DNA of 64,000 nucleotides, from NCBI GenBank assembly GCA_030264375.1, contig JASCQW010000122.1, positions 33,480,933 to 33,544,932 of the forward strand, read 5' to 3'. Below the pieces are notes generated by a model that saw only the letters and a program-made list of their open reading frames with translations, made no database searches and was not told where the DNA came from. Shown one piece after another: positions 50,646-63,267 of this stretch (the stretch's first letter is position 1; each line of letters starts with the position of its first letter). The position numbers were made by a program, and so were the translations under genes. The stretch comes from Carcharhinus longimanus. Lineage: Eukaryota.

Positions 50646-52056
50646 TGAGAGTGCCACCGCAAATATTGAGCTACAGCTTACGCTAATCAGTTAACACTAA
50701 AAATCTACAATAAGACTATTACTTTAATAAATGTTTTCATAATGGAAAATCAGTTTTGACCTTGATCATTTGAATCCTTGTTAAGAATTTACTTGATCAA
50801 TGTAATTTATTAAGTAAATTGGAATAGATTAATATATACATTCTCAATGACTGTTCATTGGACAATAATACCCTGTTGATTACAACATACCTTCTCCTTA
50901 TTCTCAACCCCAATGTATGGATAATTGCATAAGATGAGTTGGTAGGGCTACTCAATTAAAATGTTTTCATGAAACAGAGAGCTGGTCGATCTAAATTATC
51001 ACAATATTGACAGGCTAATTCCTAGATTATCACCCTAAACTCTTGTCAACCTGATCATTTGAACATGTTCTGAATCTTGCCTGTTTAGTCTTATTGTGAT
51101 TAGCCATTCTCGGGGCTTATTATTATGCATTGAAACAGAATAAATGTTGGGAAGTAACAGATGAGCAGCTGTATAGAAGTTATGGGGAATATTTTTACCT
51201 TGATATCCTTGGCTGCTGAAATGATTAAAAGGAAACTTCAAAAATAAAATGTCCAATTTGATCACTGGTGTGCAGCCATCTCTCAATTTACCCTGCTCCC
51301 TGGCCCCTGACTTTTGTTTCGTTTATAATTTGGTACTTTTATTGGATTCCTGGAAGTCCGCGTATACTACATCCATTTCATAGCCTTAATCTAATCTTTG
51401 TATTATTTCTTTAAAGAATTTATTAACATTGGTTAAACATAATCTTCCTTTTAGAAAGCTAATTATGTTTGTGGTCTCTGGATATTTTCCTGATCTAAAT
51501 ATGCTGTGATTGCTGTTTCTAATTGTCCCCATTCTCTCGTCAATTTCAGACTCATGCCTTCTTTGTTTGAGTTGTATCTCATTTTCTGCCATATTGCTGC
51601 AACTTAAACACTAAGAATAACAAGAATGCGAGCTACCACGAAGATCTGCCACAGAGGGACATGTTATTTTTTGTCAATAAGTGTATCACTGCGTCAGACA
51701 CTGCCCTTATTAATACACCAGTAAGAGATCCTTTGGGTTTCCTGTTTATCACCTGTTACTTTATTGTCACACCTTTCTGTGACTATCAATTGTTCACCTG
51801 TAGGCACGCTGAGATACACAAATCAAAACTTAATTTGAATTTTGGGTATCTTAATAAAATCGTGTTCTTTTAAACTAGATCTGCACTTTGAGATTCTGTT
51901 GTAGTTACCCAAGTTTGAATAAAGGTGTATCAAAAAAGCTTCTCAGATCCAGAAGGAAAGATGAGGTTCTTAATATTAGCATCCATTAGTTTTTTAGGAC
52001 GTAGTATTGTTTATTAGTTAACAATGTACATATAAATGATTTTTGTCAGTAATGGT

Positions 52057-52415
52057 GGGGGTGATTTTAACGGGAGTGGGGGAGAGGGATGGGCAGGGAG
52101 GTTGTTGGAGTTACGGGGTTGGAGGAAATCTCTTCCAGTAGCACATTGTGCTGCATGGGCCCAATTTACATGACCCAGGTCAGTGTCCTGTCCTTCTGCG
52201 ATACTGGCATCAGGAGTAAAACTCAGTCAGGAAGATGCCAGTGATCCAATGAAGGTAGACTCCTGCCTGCCTGCAGCATGCACCTTGACCGATTTTTGGA
52301 ATTATTGATGATAAAATGCCAGCAAGTGGGAATCATGTGGTCTTAAATATGCTCAGACAAGTTTAACCTTCACTACACACTCTTCTTGCTGGATGGGCTA
52401 TTTAAATCAATCCCA
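52057..52415. mobile_element. MITE-like element
   Basis: Ends ggggtgattttaac / atttaaatcaatccc enclose a GC-richer body. Confidence 0.45.
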
Positions 52416-54359
52416 GTAGAGCAAGGATAATTTGTACATTTCAATGAAAATTATCAGCCATTTGTTTAACTGTGAGTTTATCACAAAAATATTAATGTAT
52501 TTTATTTGAAAATTAAAATATGAAAATTGTGCATACTTTTGTATTTGGAGAATAGGACAAAATTAATTTCACTTTCCCACAGCATTAATAAACTTGCATT
52601 TGTTCTAACTCTCCAGAACTGAAAGCAACTGCAATTTTATTTTGAGCCTTAAAAATGAAACCAGCTAAATTAAATAAAATACCGAGTTCAGGGAGTGAGT
52701 CCAAGGCAGTAATTTAATCCTAGGGTTCAGTTAATATTCATAAATCACTGATGCCATCTGAACACCTTGATTAGATTATAGTCATGTTATTCTTCAATCT
52801 TGGGTATCCATTTTCTAATATATAATTCTGTGTTGCTTATGCATGTCAAGGTGCCATGTTGTAATAGGAAATGAACCAGTTATTTTCCCCATTTTCCTCT
52901 TGGTTAAATGACAGAAGATTCTAGGCATTAGCTCTTTCATTTTATATGAGACAAGAGGCTAGAATTCTGCCTATTTTATGGTGTGGGTCTTCATTTCTGA
53001 GTGAGGAGCATATTTCTTAGTGCATCTTAGTTGTTCTGACCAGACTGCAGTAGCTGTGTAACCTGCTCCCAAGACTCACCTCAGTAGCATCATGATGACC
53101 CTACTGGAGTGGGGGGAGTTGGGGAGGCGTGTTTAAAATTGCCCCGATTGTTTCAAATCAATGGCTGTTTGAGTTTAATTTGCTGGATTTTTCTCCATCN
53201 NNNNNTAATGACTGAACAATCAAATTTCACTTTATTTAAGGCATCTTCAGGGAATAGTCCAAGTTTGTGTAAATCAAGTTGTTTTGTACACTTGAGTTAT
53301 CTAATGTGGATTAATAAGTTTTTCTATGTTCAAGTCCTTTTCGTCATTGCTTTTCACCGTAGCGTAACCTTGTTTAAATATAATTTTGTTTAGGACAACA
53401 TTCTTAATTGCTATATATTTATATTCATATTTTTGTTACCTTGTGTATACATTTCTAATTATGCCATTTTTAAGTACTTCTCAATGTAATGCCGTAGTGG
53501 CAGATGTTGTGTTTTGTACCACTCTCTGTACACCAGTGATATTATCGTACAGCTCAAATGAGTAAGGCAAAAGAAATGACAGTTGGTGTAACCCTAGTTG
53601 ATATGTGTTGAAGTTCAGTACCTTCAGAAAAAATTGAGCAAATGCAAATGGTGACACGACCAGATGTTCCATCGAGACTGCCCCATCACAGTCATGGAAT
53701 TTTACAACTTCACTTGACCCAAGACTGGAAAATCCTCACCAAGGTCAATGGACGTTTCTATTGCCTGCCACCCTGATTCCATATCGCATGGGGCGGTAGA
53801 ATTTCGGTGGTGGTGTCCTAATCATCGTGACTCATAATGGATCCCACCAGCAAGAGCCAAGTGGAAGGCAAAAACCTTGCTTCTTGAAAGGGCAGATTTA
53901 GAAAGAATGAAATTTGGAAAGTTGTTCTCTGTCTCCTTTGGTGTACCAAAGCTGGTCCATGTGGAAAAATGCTAACAGTGACAACTAGAGACTAAAGTTT
54001 CCACTGACACTGAGGCAGCACTTCTGGATCTGTATGCAACTTCCAAAAACCATTTAATTTTCTCTATGTGCCTTCATTAGCTATTAATGCTGGGCATCTA
54101 TTAATATTGGTCTAGGGATGTGGGGAAGGGAGCAACTGAAAGGATTGGAAGAATTTGGTATCAGATGCAATGTGGATTTTGAGAGTTGTATTACTCTAAG
54201 GTACAAATGTAAAGTCTCCATAGTTCAGGTATAATTATTTGAATTACAGCCCAAGATTTTAGACCTGAGGGAAAGAAACTCAGGGCGGGCTTCTCCAATC
54301 TCATCCATTCCCACCCCACTGCCTGTGAGAATGGAGAATTTGGCGCTCAACCAATACGC

Positions 54360-55440
54360 CATTCACTTCACTGGCACTGGAGACTCCCAGCCACGGATGA
54401 GGTCGGAAGTTTTGGAATTAGACATGGCATCTGTGGAAAAAGTGGACCTGACAATTAGTGCCATTTCATACAAATGCCAAAGAAGACACCAAACCAGTCA
54501 GTGTACATGTAAAAAATAATGCTGTGCCTTCAGATGATGATGCTGATGGGCAGCATGTAGATGAGAAGTAGGAAGTAGCCAAGGAGACCTGGGGGACAAC
54601 AGAGTCTCAGTGCAGGAGTTTGAAGAAAAGATTACAAGTGATTTTCTGGCTGCAATTAAGTAGATGAAAATGGAACCAGTGGAACCAGTAGATGAAAATG
54701 GAAAGTGGTCCCACCTAGCTGGAAAAAAGTTGAGAGGCATCAGAGGAGGATGGTGTGGTCAGCTGTATGAAGGTTGCAGACAGATCACAAAGGATAAGGG
54801 GAGGGAAGTTTACCTTTGTCACAATCACATGGAATGTGATTTGATAACCCATTTTGGTACCGTGATTGTTTTGGAAATCTCCTGATTGAAGGGATTCTAA
54901 CATAGATTTCTGGAAAAGATGAGAATGGTAGTTTTCAAGGAGATCAAGGGTTGTTTATGAGGAGTAGGATGATAGCAGATTTAAAGGACAGAGGGACAAC
55001 ACCTGAAGCGAATGAACCATTTATAATATCGGCTAACATGAGGTCAAGGCGGGGAAAGTTGTATGATCAGCATTTAGTGGGAACAAGATGAGCTCAGAGA
55101 AACCATGAGATTTCATAATCCATAACAGGAGAGAAACTGGAGAAAGATGAGAGTTCAGGGTGAGACAGGTGGGGGAACATTTCAGAAATTTTGGCCAGTT
55201 GTGTGGTGAAAGGAAGATGTGCGGCTGAGGCAACTGATAAAATTGTTTCAATCTTGGGACGAAGAGCTTCTTACACTCATTGTTGGAAGTGAGATGGGGT
55301 TGGAGAGGACAGGTAGGAGGAAGAGGTTTATGAAGACAGTTTGTTGGGGAGCAATGGGAGATTCAAATATGATCTCTTCTAGCATCTGGTCTTGCTCTCC
55401 TTTAAGGAGAGCTTTCTGGTGTCCAGATTGTATTCTGTAT
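54360..55440 (-). mobile_element. L2-type LINE fragment, heavily decayed
   Basis: Purine-rich plus strand. The minus strand has FSSNSCTETLL (cf. GFR..HSTETAL) and SPVS...SELIL-like segments. Confidence 0.5.
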
Positions 55441-55993
55441 GTGTCAACTACAGTTCAGTAAGTAGTACTCTCACTTCTGAGATAGAAGGTTACAGTTTTT
55501 TTTATTTATCCAATTCAATCAAATCAAGTCCAATTCAGTGTCCCAACAAGTTGAGACATTCCCGATCCAAGCTGACAAGACTGGGCTCTCACCTCCCGTC
55601 TTGGGCTTGATCTACATGATCCAAGCTGATTGAAGTAGGTATAGCTCCTCCTCCAAGGCTTGATCTCATTTGCANNNNNNNNNNNNNNNNNNNNNNNNNN
55701 NNNNNNNNNNNNNNNNNNNNNNNNNNNNNNNNNNNNNNNNNNNNNNNNNNNNNNNNNNNNNNNNNNNNNNNNNNNNNNNNNNNNNNNNNNNNNNNNNNNN
55801 NNNNNNNNNNNNNNNNNNNNNNNNNNNNNNNNNNNNNNNNNNNNNNNNNNNNNNNNNNNNNNNNNNNNNNNNNNNNNNNNNNNNNNNNNNNNNNNNNNNN
55901 NNNNNNNNNNNNNNNNNNNNNNNNNNNNNNNNNNNNNNNNNNNNNNNNNNNNNNNNNAAAACATTGTGAAGAAGAGTAGCAGAATTCTTTTAA

Positions 55994-56330
55994 ATTTTTT
56001 TCTAATTTGTTCATACAACATTAGCGTTGCTGGCTGGACTAGCATGCATTACCCACCCTAATTGCTCTTGAGGAGGCATTTAATCTACATTGCAGTGGAT
56101 CTGGAGTCACATAAGTCAGACTAGGTAAGGATGTCAGATTCCCTTCCATGAAGGACATTAGTGAACCAAATGGGTTTTTATGACAATTTCATTGTCAACA
56201 TTAGACTTTTGATTCCAGATGTTTATTGAATCCAAATTTCACCACATGCCTTTGTGGGATTTGAACCCAAGTGCCCAGAGTATTGCCTGAAATTTTAGCC
56301 CACTGACAATGCCACTATAGCATCGCCTCC
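55994..56330 (-). mobile_element. Copy of the SINE family at 13273, nested in a Deu-SINE
   Basis: T-run at left, then ccctaattgctcttgag...ctggagtcaca...gtgaaccaaatgggttttt...gggatttgaaccc. A Deu-SINE head at about 55450-55495 and tail at about 56335-56520 flank it. Confidence 0.8.
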
Positions 56331-57429
56331 TCCTTCCTGGTATCTTGTCCAATAGTAAACTTGTAAGACATCATCAGAAATTCTGCTGTTTATGGGAGAT
56401 TGCTCTATTGGCTGTTGTATTTTTTACTTGACATCTGCAACTGCATTTTAAAAGTATTTAATTGTAAAACACATGGGATGTCCTGTCATGGTGAAATTTA
56501 AGTCACAGTCTCATTCTTTCATAGGGTGGCACAGAGACCTTCATCCTCTTTATTTACTTTTAATGGGGAATCAGAATACAGATAACACAGTGAAATGTCA
56601 CTTCAATCTCCCAAAATATACTACTACCAGTGTACAAATTGGAGGCTTGGATTGATGAGNNNNNNNNNNNNNNNNNNNNNNNNNNNNNNNNNNNNNNNNN
56701 NNNNNNNNNNNNNNNNNNNNNNNNNNNNNNNNNNNNNNNNNNNNNNNNNNNNNNNNNNNTGAGCCAGACGATAGGAGACACCAAGGAAAGACATGATGGC
56801 CTTTAACATTAGGGAGATTGTTAGATATAATTTCATCAATATTGGGAAAAGTGAAGCATGATTTGGGGCAAAGTAAGGGAATGCCTATGAGAAAGTGTAG
56901 CAGAATTTTTTCGGAATGTGAGCTGTGGTAATTCTGGAGCTATGTCAGCAAAAAACTGAGTTCAGTTCCTTGCCAAAGGGGAACCATGATAGCAAGACTC
57001 ATTTAGCTGAAGGTCTCCCTTGTGAGCTCTGCCCACAGCTGGCTAGCATCTGGCACGACTCAGTTATTGCTTTGTGAGGGAAGTGCAACCTCATCTAGCA
57101 TTGAAAGTTGTTAGATTGAAGTAGAGGTTATATGTACCAGTGGGTGAAGAATATGGTCTTGGGACAATTGGGGAAATAAAAGAAGAAAATAGAACATTAC
57201 CTGAAAAATTGTAAATGTATTAAAACTAAACATTCAAATCAGTGTTTTTTTCCTTCCACTCACAATATCTGCCATCCAAACCGCTACTTTGTTCAAATTT
57301 CTGAATATAATTACTGAACTGTAAGTGCTCAAAGGATTAATATAGTTTAAAAAAAACTCTTGGCTGGTGTTAGGACAGGAGGGGGTGATTGTTTAAACAC
57401 TTATAAGGACCAGTGATTTGTTCATGTAG

Positions 57430-57569
57430 GTTGCCAAGAAGAACAACACAAACCACTGCAAGCAAGTGACAGCAGCTCTGCAAAGTCCTATTGGTACCAT
57501 ACAAGTATCCGGCTGTGAAGAAGGCATTCACTTCATTCAGCTCCAGGAGAGTTTTGTACCCGAGGACAG
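57430..57569 (+). CDS. MGMT: MGMT internal coding exon (N-terminal zinc-binding region; equivalent of human exon 2)
   Basis: Flanked by ...ttgttcatgtAG| and |GTgtgt. 140 nt = 46 codons + 2 nt, reading VAKKNNTNHCKQVTAALQSPIGTIQVSGCEEGIHFIQLQESFVPED+AG. Aligns by eye with human MGMT (VLGK)[34 protein letters not shown], keeping the Cys5, Cys24 and His29 zinc-ligand positions. Phase-0 start and phase-2 end match my recollection of human exon 2. Confidence 0.93.
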
Positions 57570-60229
57570 GTGTGTATGCTATGAATGGCCTTCATATATT
57601 TGATTAATTAAATTATTGGCAGAGAAAGAAAGGCCCCCATGTAATAACACATTTGATCAAACCAAAGCTCTTTTATCAAATAATAAAGCAAGAGCTTAAG
57701 TTGAATTAATGAACAGGATTTAAAGAAAAAAAAATCTCAGAAGTAACATAAGTGAATTGCTTAAAAATGCTGAGACCTTATCTGTGTTTTTTTTTTACTA
57801 GAAGTGAAATTTCAACCAACGTAAGTTATTCACTAAAACAAATGAAAAATCTTTTTGTTGATCATTTCGTAACATGAAAGTTGAATCATTAACTTCCAGT
57901 CTTCAGTAATATTAAAGAAAATTGCCATTGCTGGAATGGCACGGCACCATTTGTGGTTACATTATAAGTGTATTACAAAATTCAAATAAATGTGTTGAGA
58001 TATCGATCTGAATGTTGTAACTGGAAGTGGTGAAACTCATCCATGGTAACCAGAATCTCCTTCAATTAACTCATTTAAAAATAATAGTGAAAAAGAATCT
58101 TAAGTGTGAAAAGAACTATCTGCTTAAGACTGACTTACACAAAGCTTTATATTACAGAATTACTTCTTTAGACCATCTTCTGCCACACATTGCAGTTGTA
58201 TTGAAATGATACCACTACGTAAAGATATGAGAGTTATTCTTTGGGTAGGCTTTGCAGGAAAAAATGATCCGAACAATGCATTCTGTTATTAATACACAAA
58301 CAGGCCAACAGCTTATTACACGGTAGAGTCACCAATAATTTATGTTGCGTGAATGTGTTGCACCACCAATTGCTCCATGAAAACAGGATATCACGCTTAA
58401 ACTTCTTGTGATTTTGATGAAGTTGCTGCATAACTTTCTGTCATGTGTTTGATGGGAAATTAAATCAATAGTTATCAGCATAAGCATCCTTTTAATGGTG
58501 TCACGATTGTCAGTGATTGTTGATCAAACACTCTTGCCCAGAAAGTAAACAATTATAATTATGGAGACTTATTCCTTCAATTGTGATTTTTTTTTTTAGA
58601 TTATAAAAATGCTAAATGTAATTTTTAAATTTTTTTGTTTGCCTTCTTCCTTTCAATCTCATTTTTTCCCCTTGTTTGTTCCTCTGTACCTAATTTGAGT
58701 TCAATTCACTGACTCTATTTCTCCTTCATTCTTCATCTTACCCCTGTTTCCTTCTCAATCTCTTAACCTTAGTGGTTAAGGAGATAGTCCATTCTGTTAT
58801 TCACCAACAATACTAAACCTTGTTGCCCTCACCACGTCATTATCCACTGGCACGCCAGAAACATTGTGGGTAAACAGTTTCAGACCTAGTCTTTCACAAT
58901 GCAAAAGTATATGTGCACAAGGTCGCTACAACACCCCGCAATCTAATAAATGAGATCACTTTCAGTAGCTGGTGCACATATCTATGTTATGCTTTCTTTG
59001 GCTTAAATAAGTTGTGTGGGGGAATTTTGCCTCATAACTCAACTGGAATGGGATGCAGTACATATTTCAAGCTGAACCAATAAATAGTCAAATGTCATTT
59101 TTTTGTCACACTAGATTGTTATACCTTTTTTCTTCTTTCTGGTAGGCACATACATTTGAAATAAACCGTGTTGTGTTTGATCTGATTTGAAGGCATGCTG
59201 AACCTTATAGCTGCATAATGTGTATTATTTGCATTTTTTAACTGAGGCAAGCCAATATCCTCGACCCAATCATTGAAAAATCCCTTAGTAGTGTAATCTG
59301 TTCCAGTAATATGCTTCATTTGGTACAGCAAGCATTTTTTTTACATCATTTACTATTTAGGATGAAAAACAATGTCCCAGAATTTGTATAATCAGCAGAT
59401 TGTGTGTAATAATTAGACTGGGTTCCTAACTGCAGTATTGAGTCTGGAGTTTATGAACACGGTTCTACGATTGACAGTTTTTATTGGAGTACAACTGCTT
59501 AACAATTACAGGATTATAGAAACATTCAGAAAAGATATCTGAGAAAAATGGTGTTTTAGATTATTTTGACATGGCTCATATTGTTAAAATGAATGACAAA
59601 GTGCTAATATATTAGATAACTGAGCTTTTTGTACTCATAATTACTCTTGGAGCGTGGTTAAATTGTTAGGATTTTGAGTTCAGAAGGATGTCTATCTAAA
59701 AGTAGCCATTTGATACATAACATACAGTAAATTGAAAATGTTAGTCATTGAGCTGTTCAGTTGTTTTGGAGATTAACACAGTTCCTAAAATAGNNNNNNN
59801 NNNNNNNNNNNNNNNNNNNNNNNNNNNNNNNNNNNNNNNNNNNNNNNNNNNNNNNNNNNNNNNNNNNNNNNNNNNNNNNNNNNNNNNNNNNNNATATAAT
59901 TCAATAATAATGGAAGACTATTATTTTATATCTTTGTATTTTATTTCTCTAGTGTTATCGTTATTTCCAGGGAACAAAATAGATGAATACTGGAGCTAGA
60001 TTCATCTTTTGTCATTTCGTTAGGGGTATTTTTAGAGGTAGAAAAATCCATGTTCCACTGGACAGTTGGCTGAATTACTAACAAATAAGTGCCTTGAGAT
60101 CGATGACAATTTTAGAAATAATATCTCTAAGCATTTAGGGCAATAAGCAGAGACAGAATTACTCAGAATGCTGGGATCAAAAAAAAGAAGCTACGTTAAG
60201 AGCTTACAAATGCAAATAGCCGATACAAT

Positions 60230-60430
60230 GGCCAGAATTCTCCGTCATTCACATGGTGAGATTCTCTGGACCCACCAGCGGTGCATCCCCTGGTTTTTCA
60301 GTGGCATGAGGTGGCTTCAATGAGAATTCCAACTGATAGCGGCGGGACCAGAAGATCCTGACACCAGCGAATGGCACACCCTCTCCTGCCACTGAGAAAA
60401 ACGCTGAGGAGAGGCCAGCCATTTCTGCCC
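60230..60430. mobile_element. MITE (Harbinger-like non-autonomous element)
   Basis: Left ggccagaattctcc, right atttctgccc. Similar short GC-rich elements lie at 3186-3341, about 53695-53810 and about 54250-54345. Confidence 0.6.
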
Positions 60431-61829
60431 TTATGTATTTTGTAAAAGAAAAGGCAAGTAGTGTTTGACTAGTATAACATTGATACAAACTTTGCCTCAA
60501 TCTCAAAACAAAATGAGTGTGATTGACTTGTGTGTGACCTAGAGAGGTTTTCTGGCATGTGAGGCAGGGAGTCATTACTTGGTAAGCACCATGGAGGCAA
60601 GCAAGCAAGCACATGATAATGTACCTCATCTTTCCTGTAGAAATGAGATCTCTAGAGTGGTAAAATATAACCAAAGTAAGCATGGCAATCAATTCAAAAA
60701 TCATATTCTGCAGCTACAGTCAATTGTTGGCAAAGTAGCTTTACTTAGACACAGGAAGCTTCTCCAAATTTTGCACAGTCACTGATAGTTTCCCTAGTGG
60801 TATAATTTAAGCTGCCATAACTTAAAAAAAAATCAATTAATCTATCATGAAACCTATTGTATAACTCACAATTACATGATTGATCCGATAGGTCTGATCT
60901 GCTGAATACCTATATACTACAGCTGGCCAATTGTCCATTACAGGAAACCAGCCAGCTGTCTTGCTGGCTGTAGCTCACCAGTAAAAGATTAATGATGCTT
61001 GAACCCAAAAGTCATTCCAGATTCCCAGATGCTGTGTTGGGAGGTGCTGCTTGTGCATTGCTGATATCTGACCCATTCGGCACAAAAACTGAAGGGCCCA
61101 CACTTTTGACAGGTGTGTAATTTTCATCCCTTAACCAGCATTGTTATTTCTAAATCCAGCACCTGGAACTGTGAATCATTATGTAAATAAGGTTAAACAA
61201 GAGATTTTAGTTGCCATTAAAGCGGTTCAACACTGTTTTATACCCGAAAATGAAAACCATCCCCACTTTGTTTCTTCTAGCTAATCATACAAAATTCACT
61301 AGTGAAAGGGTAAATAATTTAGAAGAGATAGATCTGAAAAAAAAACTTAAATTCACTGAGTAGAGCACTATTGGAGGACTGAAGGGCCTTTCCGATGCTG
61401 TACTTTTCTTTGGAGTATAGGTTTGCAAATTTTGAATGATGGTCAGAAAGCTTTGCTTCATGCTAAAAGTAATCAGTGTATTGAATAGACTTCCTGGTGG
61501 ATAAGTGAAATAAAAGCAATAGCCCAGAATTATTTGAGAAACCATTAGAGTTATGATGAGTGGATTACAGTGTTTATAATACAGATAAACCCATCAGCTA
61601 AATTATGTCCTCTTCCATATTAATTTTATGAGTTCAGGAGAAGACACAATGACTATTTTTAAGTGATTTGTTTTGGAGAAGGAACAAGCAAAAGGATATG
61701 AGCACCATAGAGAGGTCAGCACAAGATAAAAAGTGCAAATACATTACACCTAAAATAAAAAATTGATGGATTAGATACAAGGAGGAAAAGTCAGCTCGTC
61801 TCTACAGAATGATGAGGATTCCAAGTGTC

Positions 61830-62250
61830 AGATTTAGCCTGAGCAAGTAATCTAGTGAAATCAGAATTAAAGGAAGGTGGATGCTGCTGAGATCTGTGAA
61901 TGTTGGTGTTGGTAATTTTGATTTATCCAACATTTCTTATTGGATAGGCAACCTAACTGCACATATGTCCTTAAACAGTGGTTACAAAGAAGAAGAATTG
62001 ACGTATCCAGAAAGGCTGACCCATGTGTATATGAGCGATATTGCCCAGGGATGGTTTGTAGCTGGGACAGACTTGGCAATGAGGCACAAGTGCAAGTTGG
62101 ATGCACTTGTGTTGGTAGATGAGAAGAAGCCATTCAAGGAAATTTTGTGACTACATTAGACCAGGTATGGCGTAATAAAGCAGTGTCATTGAAGTAGATG
62201 AGGTGATAATGGAGAATGCAATGATTAGTGTTTTGAAGACTTAAATCATT
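61830..62250 (-). mobile_element. Decayed CR1/L2-group LINE fragment
   Basis: The minus strand has a TSASNL.LCL.AK segment resembling LKTCAPELA.PLAK in 43540-43620. Confidence 0.4.
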
Positions 62251-63090
62251 GAGGAGGATGAGTGACAAAGTTTTTGATATCAGTCTACAAGTATATAACT
62301 GGTATACTTGTAGAATTGCTTTCTTTTATGGTCTCATCGTAATTCAATAGTAGAACCAATTAGAGAACTTGAGTTAGTGCCAAGTATGAATTAAGAGATG
62401 TTGGAGAGAAAAGGGGAAGCTCTATATAAAACCATAATTTATAAAGAACGAGGGGCCAGAAAATACAATGGTCTGGATTTTACAGGGGTCATGTTCATCC
62501 CGAAAAGCAGTTAGGAGCCCACCCATGAGAGAGCAAACTTGGGTGCAGCTATTTTAAGCTCACTGGGGCCAAATTTCAAGTTTGATGGGCCAAATGGCCT
62601 ACTCCTACTTCTGTCTACGGTCTTCCCGTCTTATTAATTGGCTCAGGGTAAGATATCCACTCTGACATTAGGGAAGGAAGTCCTGCCTTAACTGGCATTT
62701 CTGTAGTCCCAGCACCACCTAGATGTGAATGGTGGCCGTGGCTGGGACCAGAGCCAGACCCCAAAGAAGAGGCCGGATTGAAGTCAAGCCTCTGGTATGA
62801 ATGGGCCCAGTGAGCATGCCCAGCAATTGAGATGAGGGGAAAGGAGGCCTAGTTTGAGAGTCCTGTGGGATGAGACATTTAACTTGGGAGGGTGAGTGCA
62901 TCCAATATGCATAAGGAACTCCCCCACCACTGGAAGTAAAATTATTAAGGATCTCATTAGTTGAGATTCCGCCGCCACCGCCGCCATTGTCCTCAGCAAC
63001 CTCTGATCTTTTCTGCGTTCCCCATGTTCTTCAAGGGCACTCCACCAATACTCTCCCCATCCACCCTGATCTCTCCAATCCCTTCCATGT

Positions 63091-63267
63091 TCATAGAATC
63101 ATAGAACCCTACAGTGCAGAAAGAAGCCCTTCGGCCCATCGAGTCTGCACCGAACACAATCCTACCCAGGGCCTACCCCCATATCCCTACATATGATACC
63201 CACTAATCTCTCTAACCTACACATCCCTACTAAGGGGCAATTCTTAGCACGGCCAATCAACCTAACC
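63091..63267 (-). mobile_element. HE1-type SINE 3' half, running into an N-gap
   Basis: catagaatcatagaaccctacagtgcagaaagaagcccttcggcccatcgagtctgcacc...gcacggccaatcaacctaacc is the reverse complement of the HE1 tail and V-domain end. Confidence 0.85.
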
